Assembly: GCA_001000675.1 (NCBI GenBank)
Contig: LCHW01000001.1
Location: 424,875 to 488,874 of the forward strand
Origin: Candidatus Wolfebacteria bacterium GW2011_GWE2_44_13
GTDB taxonomy: Bacteria > Patescibacteriota > Minisyncoccia > UBA6257 > UBA9933
DNA length: 64,000 nt
Reading direction: 5' to 3'
The notes below the pieces were generated by a model, which saw nothing but the letters and a program-made list of their open reading frames with translations, was not told where the DNA came from and searched no databases. This document shows positions 37,061-47,714 of this stretch, piece after piece. Within the stretch, counting starts at the first letter, position 1; each line of letters opens with the position of its first letter. A program made the position numbers and the translations under genes.

Positions 37061-37468
37061 CTAAAAAGGACTTGAAACATGTTTCAGCGCCGCAATCAAT
37101 GCGATGCGCAGCGATTCAACTTCTTCGGTTAACGAAATGGTTATGACGGGGACACGATTTCGTACGAAGAAGTTTGATATGCCCTCCTTGCCGAGTTCAT
37201 TTACAAGAATTGCATACACTTTTTTTCGTCGCTGTCTTGCATATCGCACGATGCGCAGGGAATCCTCCTGTATGTTCGTGTCCAATATTGCGGTATCAAA
37301 TTGCATATACCGCTTGCTGCTGATTCCAAAATTTTGCTCCAATTCTCGGAGCAGGATATGGAGGTTGTGCCCTCGGTATGGGAGGGACACCCAGAGCAGT
37401 TTTTTGTCCAAGCTTTGCCCAGCCCCAAGAAATCCGGGCTGGAGTAATGGTTGCTCGTTCGTATCCAT
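37061..37468 (-). CDS. Hypothetical protein, possibly a degenerate receiver-like fold
   Basis: AAAGGAG SD; hairpin at 37023-37049 downstream; FDTAILD segment. Confidence 0.6.
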   Translation of the reverse strand: MDTNEQPLLQPGFLGAGQSLDKKLLWVSLPYRGHNLHILLRELEQNFGISSKRYMQFDTAILDTNIQEDSLRIVRYARQRRKKVYAILVNELGKEGISNFFVRNRVPVITISLTEEVESLRIALIAALKHVSSPF

Positions 37469-37547
37469 CGCAGCTCAGCTCCTTTCGACGCTATTAAGAG
37501 GTGAAATATCTACGCAAAGCCTATCAAATCAAGACGTGCATAGCAAA

Positions 37548-38789
37548 TTATTCAGAGCGCAACGCTTCCATAGGACTTTTTTTGGCTGCTTGCGTTGCGG
37601 GGAAAATGCCGAAGATAAATCCAATGGCTATCGCAACGATTGCACCAATGATTGCGCCTTGTAGTGGGAAGAAGAAGCGAAAATCAATGCTATATATTTG
37701 GCCAAGAATAATGGTTAATAAAATACCTCCGCCCCATCCAATAAGTATGCCGATAAGCGCCCCGCTCATCGTGAGAATAAGTGCTTCAAAAAGAAACTGG
37801 CGCAGAATATCTTTGTCCGTTGCCCCGAGCGCTTTGCGAAGGCCAATTTCTTTGGTGCGTTCAGTTACTGATACAAACATAATATTCATAATACCAACGC
37901 CGCCAACCACGAGCGAAATTGCCGCTATGGTTGTTAGTAATATCGTAAGAATATCCGTGATTGTCGTAAGAAGTGCAGCTGCATCTTCCATGGTCATGGT
38001 GTAAAAATCATCCTTGGTGCTGTCAGTAATATCATGGCTTTCACGCACGGTTCTTTTAATGTCTTGCACCATTGCCGGAATACTTTCTTCGGTGCGTGCT
38101 TCCACGATAATGTGACTAATGTAATGAACCCCCATAACGTATAACTGTGCGGTTGTATAGGGAATGACAAACGCACTATCGAACTCACCTGCCGCGCCCG
38201 AGCCTTTTTTCTTTAGTATTCCTATGACGCGATAATTTTTATCCTTTATTTTTACATGCTTACCAATTGACTCTTCCAATCCAAATAATTTTTCTGCCAC
38301 TTTACTTCCAATAACAACTACCCCAGCTTTTTGTGCAACGTCTTCATCGGTAAATATATCACCTGCCTCAAGCTCGAGTTGGAAAATTCTAAAGATCACC
38401 TCCTCTCCTCCAAGGAGCGGACCGTTAAAAAGCTGTGAACCATAGGTTGCGGTTACGCTGCTTTCCATATAAGGCATAACTGTTTCTGCATCTGGTACAT
38501 TTTCCATTCTGCGGAGTGCTACAACGTCTTCCTCCTGTAGGGAGTCATTCATGATTGAGCTACTAAACCCAGAAAAACCCTCGGGTTGTTTCCCAGGGAG
38601 TACAAACACATTTTTAGGGCCAAAACTTTGTACCTCGCGAATAATTAATTCTTGTGCGCTGCTTCCGATTGCAAGAATAAGAATGATTGATGTTATGCCA
38701 ATCACGATACCAAGGATCGTTAACAATGATCGCGATTTATGCATAACAACCCCTTCGTATGCGGCTTTTAGTCTGTCAGTATTAGTCAT
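37548..38789 (-). CDS. MacB/FtsX-family ABC permease
   Basis: RSLLTILGIVIG, GGVGIMNIM.VSV.ERT.EIGLRKALGA; start MTNTDRL at 38789. Confidence 0.93.
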   Translation of the reverse strand: MTNTDRLKAAYEGVVMHKSRSLLTILGIVIGITSIILILAIGSSAQELIIREVQSFGPKNVFVLPGKQPEGFSGFSSSIMNDSLQEEDVVALRRMENVPDAETVMPYMESSVTATYGSQLFNGPLLGGEEVIFRIFQLELEAGDIFTDEDVAQKAGVVVIGSKVAEKLFGLEESIGKHVKIKDKNYRVIGILKKKGSGAAGEFDSAFVIPYTTAQLYVMGVHYISHIIVEARTEESIPAMVQDIKRTVRESHDITDSTKDDFYTMTMEDAAALLTTITDILTILLTTIAAISLVVGGVGIMNIMFVSVTERTKEIGLRKALGATDKDILRQFLFEALILTMSGALIGILIGWGGGILLTIILGQIYSIDFRFFFPLQGAIIGAIVAIAIGFIFGIFPATQAAKKSPMEALRSE

Positions 38790-38790
38790 A

Positions 38791-40032
38791 TTATTCGTAG
38801 CGAAGCGCTTCCATAGGGCTTTTTTGTGCTGCTTTTCGTGCAGGGAAAATTCCAAATACAAATCCTACGATTGTCGATACTGCAAGGCCAGCGATTGCTC
38901 CTCCAACAGGGAATATAAATGTGAACGCAATGCCGAACATATACTTAATAAGAAGTGAGATAGTGATTCCTATGGCAACGCCAATAATAAGGCCAATTAC
39001 TCCACCGCTAAACGTTAATATGATTGCTTCGGAAAGAAACTGCTGTAAAATATCGCGATTAGTTGCTCCAAGTGCCTTGCGCAGACCGATTTCCCTGGTG
39101 CGTTCCATTACTGAAACGAGCATGATGTTCATAATGCCAACACCGCCAACAATCAATGAGATTGCCGCAACGGCAGAAAGAAGGATGGTCATGATATTCG
39201 TAACCGTCCCGATGCGCTCGACGATGTCGTCTTGCGTCATAATAAAAAAGTCATCCTTTGTTGGATCATCAATATCATGATTATTACGCAAGAGCGTTTC
39301 TATGTCTCGCGATGCATTTGCTATGTTCACTTCCTCATCTACCTCTACAACCATACGCTGAAAATGCTTAATACCTAATATGTATTGCTGAACAATGGTG
39401 TAGGGCGCGATCACTGTTTCGTCAAAGTTAACAAATGAACCTTGTCCTTTTTGTGCAAGCACTCCGACTACGCGATAATTTTTGTTTTTTATTTTTATTT
39501 TTTGTCCAACTGGATCTTGTGTTGGGAATAATTCATCAGCTACTTTTTTCCCAATAACCACTACCTCCTCTTTTTGACGGACGCTTTCATCGGGGAAAAA
39601 ATCTCCCGTTGCGAGCGTGAGGTCAAATAAGCGTACAAGATCAGGCGTGCTTCCCATAATAAGCCCCATGTACGATTCATTTTCGAATATGGATGTTATG
39701 TTTCCAAATACAATAGGGGTCACTGAAACTGCGTTAGGAACGTTTGCCTTCTCCTCGAGGTCTCTAAGATCGCTTTCTCGTAATGAATCGGTAAATAAGG
39801 TCGAACCCGCGCCACCAACATCTGTCGGTTCGCGTCCAGGGACGATAAATACATTCTTCGGCCCCATGTTTTGTATCTCTCCCACAATGAGTTGCTTACC
39901 GCTTTCACCTAAGGCCACAACGACAATAATAGCGCCGATACCAATAACAATACCAAGAATCGTCAATAAAGAACGCGACCGATGCGTCGCTAACCCTATG
40001 GCCGCCATGCGAATGGTATCCCATAGTCGCAT
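38791..40032 (-). CDS. MacB/FtsX-family ABC permease (paralog)
   Basis: Same motifs as the adjacent permease; PMEALRYE C-terminus. Confidence 0.93.
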   Translation of the reverse strand: MRLWDTIRMAAIGLATHRSRSLLTILGIVIGIGAIIVVVALGESGKQLIVGEIQNMGPKNVFIVPGREPTDVGGAGSTLFTDSLRESDLRDLEEKANVPNAVSVTPIVFGNITSIFENESYMGLIMGSTPDLVRLFDLTLATGDFFPDESVRQKEEVVVIGKKVADELFPTQDPVGQKIKIKNKNYRVVGVLAQKGQGSFVNFDETVIAPYTIVQQYILGIKHFQRMVVEVDEEVNIANASRDIETLLRNNHDIDDPTKDDFFIMTQDDIVERIGTVTNIMTILLSAVAAISLIVGGVGIMNIMLVSVMERTREIGLRKALGATNRDILQQFLSEAIILTFSGGVIGLIIGVAIGITISLLIKYMFGIAFTFIFPVGGAIAGLAVSTIVGFVFGIFPARKAAQKSPMEALRYE

Positions 40033-40035
40033 ATA

Positions 40036-40788
40036 TTATTTAATCGTATCGGTTTCTTTTACGCGGTGACGATGTTCGACCCATTCGTCGCTTTCAATCA
40101 GTCCATCTTTGATATGGATAATGCGTTCTGCTGCTGCTGCCACGTACGATTCATGGGTTACCATAACAATCGTGTGACCTTGCTCGTGCAACTCTTGCAG
40201 AAAAGCTAGTATAACGGCACCCGACTTTGAATCAAGACTTCCTGTTGGCTCATCGGCAAAAATGACTTTGGGGTCGTTTACCAGTGCTCGCGCAATTGCA
40301 ACACGTTGTTTTTGCCCGCCTGAAAGCTTAACGGTTGGAAAATTTTCTCGTTCGCCGAGGCCAACCATCGTTACCATCTCTCGAGCAATGCGCGTTCGTT
40401 CTGGTTCGTATATATTTGCGTAAATAAGCGGCAACTTTACATTGTCGATTACTGAAAGGCGCGGCAACAAGTTGAATGCTTGAAAAATAAACCCGATTTT
40501 TTTATTGCGAATGTGTGCAAGTTCGTCATCGGAATAATGCTCAAGATCTTTTCCGTCGAGCAAATATTTTCCATCGGTTGGGCGCTCAAGACATCCTAAT
40601 ATTTGCAGTAAGGTCGACTTTCCCGATCCTGAAGGACCCATGATCGACACGAATTCACCCTCATGAATATCGAGTGAAATGTCGCGTAATGCAATCGCTT
40701 CCAGATCTTCTATCATGTACACTTTGCGCAAATTTTTTGTCGAAAGTACGAGTGGTCGATCGTTGTGCCTGTGTTGTTCTGTGGCCAT
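40036..40788 (-). CDS. ABC ATP-binding protein (LolD/MacB type)
   Basis: [23 protein letters not shown]. Confidence 0.95.
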   Translation of the reverse strand: MATEQHRHNDRPLVLSTKNLRKVYMIEDLEAIALRDISLDIHEGEFVSIMGPSGSGKSTLLQILGCLERPTDGKYLLDGKDLEHYSDDELAHIRNKKIGFIFQAFNLLPRLSVIDNVKLPLIYANIYEPERTRIAREMVTMVGLGERENFPTVKLSGGQKQRVAIARALVNDPKVIFADEPTGSLDSKSGAVILAFLQELHEQGHTIVMVTHESYVAAAAERIIHIKDGLIESDEWVEHRHRVKETDTIK

Positions 40789-40797
40789 ACCGTTTTA

Positions 40798-42468
40798 TTA
40801 GTTAGTTACTATGGCGTCTCCTTCTGCGACCCCCGATAGTATTTCTGTTCTTCCGTCAGATCCACGTAAGCCGGTCACTACTTCAATTTCTTGCACGGTA
40901 CCGGTTTCCTTGTTAGTAAGTACTTTTACATACTTCTTACCCTCACGCGAAATAATATTTCTTGTTGGTATATACAAAATATTTGTTCGTTCACCAGACA
41001 GTACATCAATATTTGCTGTAAGACCAGAAAGGATGCGACTATCTTCTTGTGTAAATTCAAACGTTGTTTTGTAGGTCGCAACTCCCTCTATGGTTGTTGC
41101 TGATAAATCGATAAGGATTACCTTTGCGTTGAATAATGCATCCGATCCATAGGCATCAAGTGTTACGCGCGCTTCGTTTCCGATTTTCACTTTTGCAATA
41201 TCTGCTTCTGCCACATACGATTCAATCAAAAATCTTCCCGATCCGATAATAGAAACAACTGGCGTATTCGGTGAGATAATATCTCCGAGCGTTGGAACTA
41301 TTTTTGTTATTGTGCCCGCAAATGGGGCTTTCAATATTGTTTTCTCTATTTGTGCTTGATAATAATCTGCGTTTGCGCGAGCGTTTTCTACCTGACTTTC
41401 TTGGTACGCTACATCTTGTACGGAAGCTGCAGCCGTTTTTAACGTTAGCTCGCGTTCTGCTTGATCGAGCGTGCTTTGTGCCGTCGTGATACTTGCTTGT
41501 GCATTCGAAATCGCGCTTTGGTTGATTGATTTTTGCGATGCAATCGATTGCCTTTGCTTGTTCACGTTCGTAAGCGCGGTTACGATACTGCTGCGTGCTG
41601 TTGATACTGCAGTTTTGTATGTGTTGAGTGTTGTTGTGTCTAAACCACTTGGGCTATTTACGACATCTTGCAAGTTACCAAAAAATGCAAGGAAAACATC
41701 GAGATTCACTTTTGCATTTTCAAGTGTGCTATTTAATACGGTTGCATCTCCGTTTGCGTTGCGTGCTGCTGTTACATTTTTTGAAAATGCAGCAAGATTA
41801 TCCGTTGCTTGCACGCGACCTGATTCTGAATTTATCTTTGCCTGGCTGTTGAAGGAGCTAAATGAAAGTGTTGGTCGATCGGTCTCGTCGTTTAAAAAGA
41901 GCCCATCGATTTGGTTTCTGATGGCGTCGTCTGATTTTGTGTATGCGTCTGTTAGTGTATCCGGTACTGAGCTATGTATATTTGCTAAGTCAGTCGTCGC
42001 TTTTTCAGTGACGTTGATCGCATTGCGCTGTGCGTCTGCAAGCGTATTCTTTGCATTTTCTACGCGTGCTTGCGATATTGCGATATCTTCTGCACGAGCC
42101 CCTTCTCGTAATTGTGCAAGCTTTGCTTCTTGCGAACGCACGTTAGCACGTGCTTGTGCAAGCTGTGCATACAAATCTGCATTGTCGAGCTGCATCATTT
42201 CTTGTCCTTGCCCTACGGTGTCCCCTACTGCTACGCGAATGCGCGAAACACGACCTCCTTTTTCAAATGCAATATCAAGATTTTGTGACGGTTTTACTTT
42301 GCCGGTAATGCTTACCTCCTCCTTAATATCTCCGCGCACTACGGGGATGGTCGGATATGTTTGAGGACGACTATTTTGGTACGATGTATATCCAACGATT
42401 GCAAGAATTATAAGAATAATCGCAATGACAATTTTATTTTTTAGAAAATGCAGTACTGTTTGTATCAT
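40798..42468 (-). CDS. Efflux periplasmic adaptor (MacA/HlyD-like) with long helical insert
   Basis: GRV..I.V..GD.V, APFAGTI, EADIAKVKIG, EILSG. Confidence 0.88.
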   Translation of the reverse strand: MIQTVLHFLKNKIVIAIILIILAIVGYTSYQNSRPQTYPTIPVVRGDIKEEVSITGKVKPSQNLDIAFEKGGRVSRIRVAVGDTVGQGQEMMQLDNADLYAQLAQARANVRSQEAKLAQLREGARAEDIAISQARVENAKNTLADAQRNAINVTEKATTDLANIHSSVPDTLTDAYTKSDDAIRNQIDGLFLNDETDRPTLSFSSFNSQAKINSESGRVQATDNLAAFSKNVTAARNANGDATVLNSTLENAKVNLDVFLAFFGNLQDVVNSPSGLDTTTLNTYKTAVSTARSSIVTALTNVNKQRQSIASQKSINQSAISNAQASITTAQSTLDQAERELTLKTAAASVQDVAYQESQVENARANADYYQAQIEKTILKAPFAGTITKIVPTLGDIISPNTPVVSIIGSGRFLIESYVAEADIAKVKIGNEARVTLDAYGSDALFNAKVILIDLSATTIEGVATYKTTFEFTQEDSRILSGLTANIDVLSGERTNILYIPTRNIISREGKKYVKVLTNKETGTVQEIEVVTGLRGSDGRTEILSGVAEGDAIVTN

Positions 42469-42560
42469 GATGTCGAATGAATAATAAAAGCGTTCTTTCC
42501 TATAGTATATAGGACATTTAGATGCTTCACAACGATATTACCGTTCTGTTTTTATGGTAC

Positions 42561-42590
42561 AAAAAAGCCCCTGTCTTGCGACGGGGGCTG
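42561..42590 (-). terminator. Intrinsic terminator of the PIN-PhoH gene
   Basis: aaaaaagcccctgtc-ttgc-gacgggggct. Confidence 0.7.
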
Positions 42591-42611
42591 TGAAATGCAG
42601 CACGCTCGTTG

Positions 42612-44066
42612 TTACATGCGCGTTGCGACCAGCTCAGCGAGGCGCGAACGCTCGCTCTTGAGCAGGGTAACGTGGCCGATGCAGTCGAGATCTTTCAGAC
42701 TCTCGGCTGCATACACGAATCCGTTACTGATTGAATCAACTCGGGGGTTATCGATTTGCTCAACATCCCCTGTGAAAATTATTTTGGTTCCTTCTCCTGC
42801 GCGCGATATGATTGTCTTTGCCTCGTGTGGCGTAAGGTTCTGCGCCTCATCAACGATCACATAGCACTTGTGAATGCTTCGACCGCGGAGGTATACGATT
42901 GGGGAAATTTCCAAAATTCCCAGCTTGATCATTTCAGTGACAGGGTTCGCCTTACCTTTGAATTCACCCGGCTTGCCAGTGTCGAGCTCCTTGCCCAAGA
43001 TAAGACGCATGTTGTCTATTATCGGGAGCATCCATGGGGCAAATTTTTCACTGATATCTCCTGGCAAGAATCCGAGGTCTTCGCCCAAGGGGCAGTTCGG
43101 ACGATACACCAGTACTTGATCGTATACACCCTCATCGAGGAGTTTTAATCCGGCAGTAAGCGCCACGAGCGTCTTTCCGGTGCCGGCATGGCCGCCGAGC
43201 GACGTAAAAGCAATCTCGGGGTCTATCGCAAGGTAATACGCAAACCATTGCTCATCGTTGATAGGCTTAACGCCGCCGTCTTTGATGCATTGCTTGTCGA
43301 TTACCCTGAAGTACGCCGCATCTTTCTTGTAGATTGCCAAGAGTTTTTTGTCGCAGACTGTAAGTTCGCAGCACTGATTATGCAAGAGGCTGTCGAGGTC
43401 GATCTCGGAAGCAAGCACTCCCGCAGGGATGCGGTAATTCGTCCAGACGGGACTTGCACCATTGAGCAAGTCGCCCATTGCATCGGAAAGTGTGAACGAC
43501 CGTATTCCGGTGTACATTTCGCCGACGTTCTTGACTAACTTGTCGTGGAGATAGTCTTCCGAGAGAATCCCGCACGCATCTGCCTTTAAGCGAAGGTTGG
43601 CATCTTTCGAAATGATCCACGCCTCTGAGAATGTAACCTCAGGCAGCGGGTCACGTTTTTGCGACCCGATTCGTTTTTGCTGTGGCCGTTTCGGCTGGCT
43701 AGCGGTCCACGCTTGCCCGATTAAAGGAATGCGGTTATCGCGGTTTCGCTCGAGCCCCACGGGAAGAAGGCTAAAATCATTCCCATTATAGTCAACGATA
43801 ATCAAGCCGCCGCCTTCAGTGGGGACTCCTTTTGCCAGTGACCCTTGTTTTTTGTACGCGTCTAGTTTTCGCGACATTGTGCGTGCGTTCGCGCCAACTT
43901 CGTCTTGTCGTTTCTTGAGCCCGTCGAGCTCTTCTACTGCCCAGATCGGTATGACGACGATATTGTCGCCAAATTTCTCGATACATCCTGTGTCGTGTAC
44001 CAGTACGCATGTGTCGAGGATAAAAACTTTCTTTTTTCCGCCTTCCTTCTTTTTCGATGGGGGCAT
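42612..44066 (-). CDS. PIN-PhoH family protein (YlaK/PhoH2-like)
   Basis: ILDTCVL, VEELD, SKD.NLRLKA (PIN); GHAGTGKT, LGFLPG, LRGRS, DEAQN, GD..QID (PhoH); AAGGAG SD. Confidence 0.92.
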   Translation of the reverse strand: MPPSKKKEGGKKKVFILDTCVLVHDTGCIEKFGDNIVVIPIWAVEELDGLKKRQDEVGANARTMSRKLDAYKKQGSLAKGVPTEGGGLIIVDYNGNDFSLLPVGLERNRDNRIPLIGQAWTASQPKRPQQKRIGSQKRDPLPEVTFSEAWIISKDANLRLKADACGILSEDYLHDKLVKNVGEMYTGIRSFTLSDAMGDLLNGASPVWTNYRIPAGVLASEIDLDSLLHNQCCELTVCDKKLLAIYKKDAAYFRVIDKQCIKDGGVKPINDEQWFAYYLAIDPEIAFTSLGGHAGTGKTLVALTAGLKLLDEGVYDQVLVYRPNCPLGEDLGFLPGDISEKFAPWMLPIIDNMRLILGKELDTGKPGEFKGKANPVTEMIKLGILEISPIVYLRGRSIHKCYVIVDEAQNLTPHEAKTIISRAGEGTKIIFTGDVEQIDNPRVDSISNGFVYAAESLKDLDCIGHVTLLKSERSRLAELVATRM

Positions 44067-44144
44067 GATCTTGCTCCTTCCTTCGTTAGGGGTTAATTAC
44101 TACGCAATCCCTTTCTGTATGCTATTTGAAATGCTACTGTCTGC

Positions 44145-44207
44145 AGTATACCCCCTCCCCTGTGTTTGTCAAAAAAAACAGGCTTATCGTATGATAAGCC
44201 TGTTTTT
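44145..44207 (-). promoter_or_regulatory. Terminator hairpin fused to TTGACA-N16-TATACT promoter
   Basis: Hairpin aaaaacaggcttatc/gataagcctgttttt; its T run abuts the -35 at 44172-44167. Confidence 0.72.
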
Positions 44208-44211
44208 ATGT

Positions 44212-45033
44212 TTAGCGGATTTCGTATCGAAGTGATACGGTTACCGTTACTTCTTGAGACCCTGGTTCAATAGATGGAGCTTGCGCTGCTTCGAGTGATA
44301 CGCTTTTTGCATATCCTCCCATTGCATCGCGATACATTGGTACGGGCATATAGCCGCTTTCATCGATGTTGAGCAACTTTCCAATACGGAAGCTTGCTGC
44401 TTTTGCGGTCGCCTCCGCCTTGTCTTGCGCCTGCTTAATTGCCTCTTCTCGAGCCGCTGCCTCTACTTTTGCTGGCTCGTCAATCGTGAACGAAAGCTGA
44501 GAGATTGAGTTAGCCCCTTTCTTTGATAGCTGGCCCATAATCTCCCCTATTTTTTCGAAATCACGAACCTTTACGAGTGCGCTTTGTGTAATTGTATACC
44601 CTACGATATCAGGAGGAGGACACGGACGTGCTGCTGATGTTGAACCTCCCGTTGCCCATATAACTGTTTGAGAACAATCATAATACTGATATCGTGGCTC
44701 AATACTAAATTGTTGTGTTTTGATATCCTTATCTTCGACACCCTGTTCTTTAATGAAGCCAATAATAGCATTCATCTTTTCTGTGTTTTGTTTTTGCGCT
44801 GCTGATACGTTTTTATCGCCCTGCGTTACTACGCCAAATGAAAATTCGGCAACATCAGGGATTGCGGTCACCTTTCCTTCTCCTGTTACGGAAAAACTGC
44901 GAAACGAGGACGGTTCAATTGATTCCGAAAATGCTCGCGCATAGACAAGCCCTGAGTATGCAATTGTTACTACTGCTAATGCGCCTACGATCCATAATCC
45001 ATTTTTTATTTTAGTATCCATTTGTTCTGTCAT
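44212..45033 (-). CDS. SIMPL (DUF541) domain protein
   Basis: VTGEGKVTAIPDVA, DIKT, KGAN, PGSQEVTVTVSLRY. Confidence 0.9.
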   Translation of the reverse strand: MTEQMDTKIKNGLWIVGALAVVTIAYSGLVYARAFSESIEPSSFRSFSVTGEGKVTAIPDVAEFSFGVVTQGDKNVSAAQKQNTEKMNAIIGFIKEQGVEDKDIKTQQFSIEPRYQYYDCSQTVIWATGGSTSAARPCPPPDIVGYTITQSALVKVRDFEKIGEIMGQLSKKGANSISQLSFTIDEPAKVEAAAREEAIKQAQDKAEATAKAASFRIGKLLNIDESGYMPVPMYRDAMGGYAKSVSLEAAQAPSIEPGSQEVTVTVSLRYEIR

Positions 45034-45428
45034 ATTGCTTTTAAGACTTCTTTAAGTTTAATAATGATATCATCTATCTTCCAGTTCGACTTCAGGAGAT
45101 AATATGATGGTTGAACGAGTACAATATCCTTTAGCATTGCATCGGTGGTGTCAAAATTGGTTAAAATAATTACCTTTGCCGTTTCCCCCCATGCATCCTT
45201 ACGTAACTCCTTGACCATTGTGATGCCATCCATTTTCGGCATCAAAATATCAACAAGCAATAGGTCGGGATGTTCTTGCAATGCAAGCGCAAGCCCCTCT
45301 TCGCCGTTCTTTGCTAAGAGCGGCTCTGCAAACCCTTCTCGCCGCACCTTGTCGGCGATCGCATTTCGCATTGCGCCCTCGTCTTCTGCGATAAGTATTT
45401 TTATGGTTTTCTCTGGCTGCTGTTCCAT
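45030..45428 (-). CDS. Single-domain response regulator
   Basis: ILIAEDE, DILMPKMDG, IILTN, conserved K. Confidence 0.92.
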   Translation of the reverse strand: MEQQPEKTIKILIAEDEGAMRNAIADKVRREGFAEPLLAKNGEEGLALALQEHPDLLLVDILMPKMDGITMVKELRKDAWGETAKVIILTNFDTTDAMLKDIVLVQPSYYLLKSNWKIDDIIIKLKEVLKAI

Positions 45429-45473
45429 GTGTATAGTATATAGCTAATACAATAAAAATTCCATTCGCATGCA

Positions 45474-47705
45474 TTACATAGCAAGCGGCCTGCTCCCTTC
45501 GCGAGATTTCATCCCTCTGAGTGGAATTTCAACATAAAATGCCGTCCCTTTATTTTCTTCTGATGTAAACCAAATCTTTCCCCCAGAACTTTCAATAAGT
45601 GATTTTATAATGTAGAGCCCTAGGCCATTTCCGTCGGGTTCTTTTGCACGCGCATTGTCTGCTCTATAGAATTTAGTAAATATCTTAGCTTGCTGGTGCG
45701 CTGGTATGCCGAAGCCAGTGTCTGCAACGGTAATAAGCACCGTTTCTTCTTGTTTAACAAGTGATACTGTAATAGTTCCTTCCTCGTGCGTATATTTGAC
45801 TGCGTTTGTTAATAAATTCTGTAGTATTATATGTAATAATCTCGGATCTGCATTAATGAGCGGTATCGCCTTGTCGTAGTGTTTTATCAGATGTAATTTT
45901 TTGCGTGCAATTTGTAGAGATAATTCTTTGAGTGCGTCTTCCATGGCTGCTACAAAATCTACCGTTTCTACATCTACCATAAACGTACCCATGTCGATGC
46001 GAGAAACATTAAGTAATGCGTTAACAAGGTCAACCATGCGCTTACTCGCATGTTCAATTTCTTCAAGATATTTTCTTTGCTTATCCGTAAGAGTGATATC
46101 TTTTGGATCAGTAAGCATTTCGATATACCAATTAATAATTGTCAGTGGCGTACGGAGCTGATGCGACGCGACGGACACGAACTCTGTTTTTGACTTGTCG
46201 ATTTCTTTTTGTCGCGTAATATCTCGCTCAACCGCAACAAATCCATATAATGCTCCTTGCTCATCGGAAATGGGAGAGATGTTTGTTTCTGCGATATATA
46301 ATCGTCCGTCTTTTCGCTTGTTAGTCACTTCCCCGTGGAAATTCTTACGCTCTTCTTTAATTGTGTGCCACATATTTCTATAAAATTCTTCTGGCATTTG
46401 TTTTCCCCAGAGTGATGGGCGGTTTCCTACCATTTCTTTATTGGAATACCCTGTAATTTCCTCGGCCGCTTTGTTTGCATATAAAATAACGCCTTCTTTA
46501 TCGGTTATGACTACATGGTCTGATGTACCCTCAACTGCAAGCTTAAATTTCTCAAAATTGCTTGTTACCTCGCGTATTTTTCGAAACAGTACACGATGGG
46601 AATCCTCCAACTTTTGCGCCATGCTATTAAACGCATTACTTAAGTCCCCTAGCTCATCGCGAGATGTAATATTTGCACGGATATCTAAATTGCCATCCCC
46701 GAGTTTTTGTGCCGAAAGTGCGAGCATTTTTATCGGATCAATAACTCTCCGATTCATAAAATACGTTATCAGTAAAATAAATATCACTAAAATTCCTGCA
46801 AGATAGAATAAATCATTGCGCAGTTCGGTGATTGCTTGCAAAGCTTGCGACTGCGGAATCTCCGTTATTAGTGTCCATCCATTATTAATACAGAGCGCTG
46901 ATCCAATTACTAGTACATTATTAATATTATAGTACTCTTTTTGCTCGCCACAGGACGCTTTTTTAGACACATCAAGATGTTGTGTTAAGCGCGAGCCATC
47001 AAAATAGCGTTCATCAACAATGTACCCATCTTTATTGGTAATAAATACCGACATCAAGGCATAGCGCTCCCCGGCGCTCGCAAGCACTGCATTTCTTGTA
47101 CGTATCATATTGGCAACTTTTCCGGCATCTACAAAATTTATAAGCGTACCAATCTTTCTTCCTTGTGTTGTATCGATTAGTGGAGCAGAAACTGTTAACG
47201 CAATCATACTGCGGTTGAACTTATCGGTAATCGCGAAGTCGCTTACTCGAGTCGCCCCGTAGGTAATATCTTCGGATTGAAGGTTTGTTACCCATATTGA
47301 TTCGTCTTTCCCCAACTCCTGCTCTTCTGTTGAGGCGATAACTATGCCATTTTCATCTAAAATATTAATGCCGTATATTGCAGAATCAAGAACCATCTTG
47401 TTGTTTCTTAGATGGTTTCCCAGTGCTTCCATTGCTTTTACATCTCGCGTTTCAACTATCTGTTGTGTTGTTTCTCTAATAAAGCCGTCCGAAGAAAAAT
47501 CTGCTGTTCTGTAGGTTAAACGTTCTATGGCGTCTGTAATAATGATTTCGCCCGTGTTGTTGATCAAACTTAATTCCGCTGATATGCCGTCGGTAATGCT
47601 CTTGCGTTGTGTAATAAAAATAGCAATGTTGGCAAAAATTACAAGCGTTAGAATAATTGCCAAACTCCCCACTATTTTAAATCCAATGGTGCGTCGCTTA
47701 AACAT
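45474..47705 (-). CDS. Sensor histidine kinase (extracellular Cache-like, HAMP, PAS, HisKA, HATPase)
   Basis: SHQLRTPL, NLLTNAVKY, DTGFGI, GNGLGL. Confidence 0.93.
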   Translation of the reverse strand: MFKRRTIGFKIVGSLAIILTLVIFANIAIFITQRKSITDGISAELSLINNTGEIIITDAIERLTYRTADFSSDGFIRETTQQIVETRDVKAMEALGNHLRNNKMVLDSAIYGINILDENGIVIASTEEQELGKDESIWVTNLQSEDITYGATRVSDFAITDKFNRSMIALTVSAPLIDTTQGRKIGTLINFVDAGKVANMIRTRNAVLASAGERYALMSVFITNKDGYIVDERYFDGSRLTQHLDVSKKASCGEQKEYYNINNVLVIGSALCINNGWTLITEIPQSQALQAITELRNDLFYLAGILVIFILLITYFMNRRVIDPIKMLALSAQKLGDGNLDIRANITSRDELGDLSNAFNSMAQKLEDSHRVLFRKIREVTSNFEKFKLAVEGTSDHVVITDKEGVILYANKAAEEITGYSNKEMVGNRPSLWGKQMPEEFYRNMWHTIKEERKNFHGEVTNKRKDGRLYIAETNISPISDEQGALYGFVAVERDITRQKEIDKSKTEFVSVASHQLRTPLTIINWYIEMLTDPKDITLTDKQRKYLEEIEHASKRMVDLVNALLNVSRIDMGTFMVDVETVDFVAAMEDALKELSLQIARKKLHLIKHYDKAIPLINADPRLLHIILQNLLTNAVKYTHEEGTITVSLVKQEETVLITVADTGFGIPAHQQAKIFTKFYRADNARAKEPDGNGLGLYIIKSLIESSGGKIWFTSEENKGTAFYVEIPLRGMKSREGSRPLAM

Positions 47706-47714
47706 ATAATTGCT

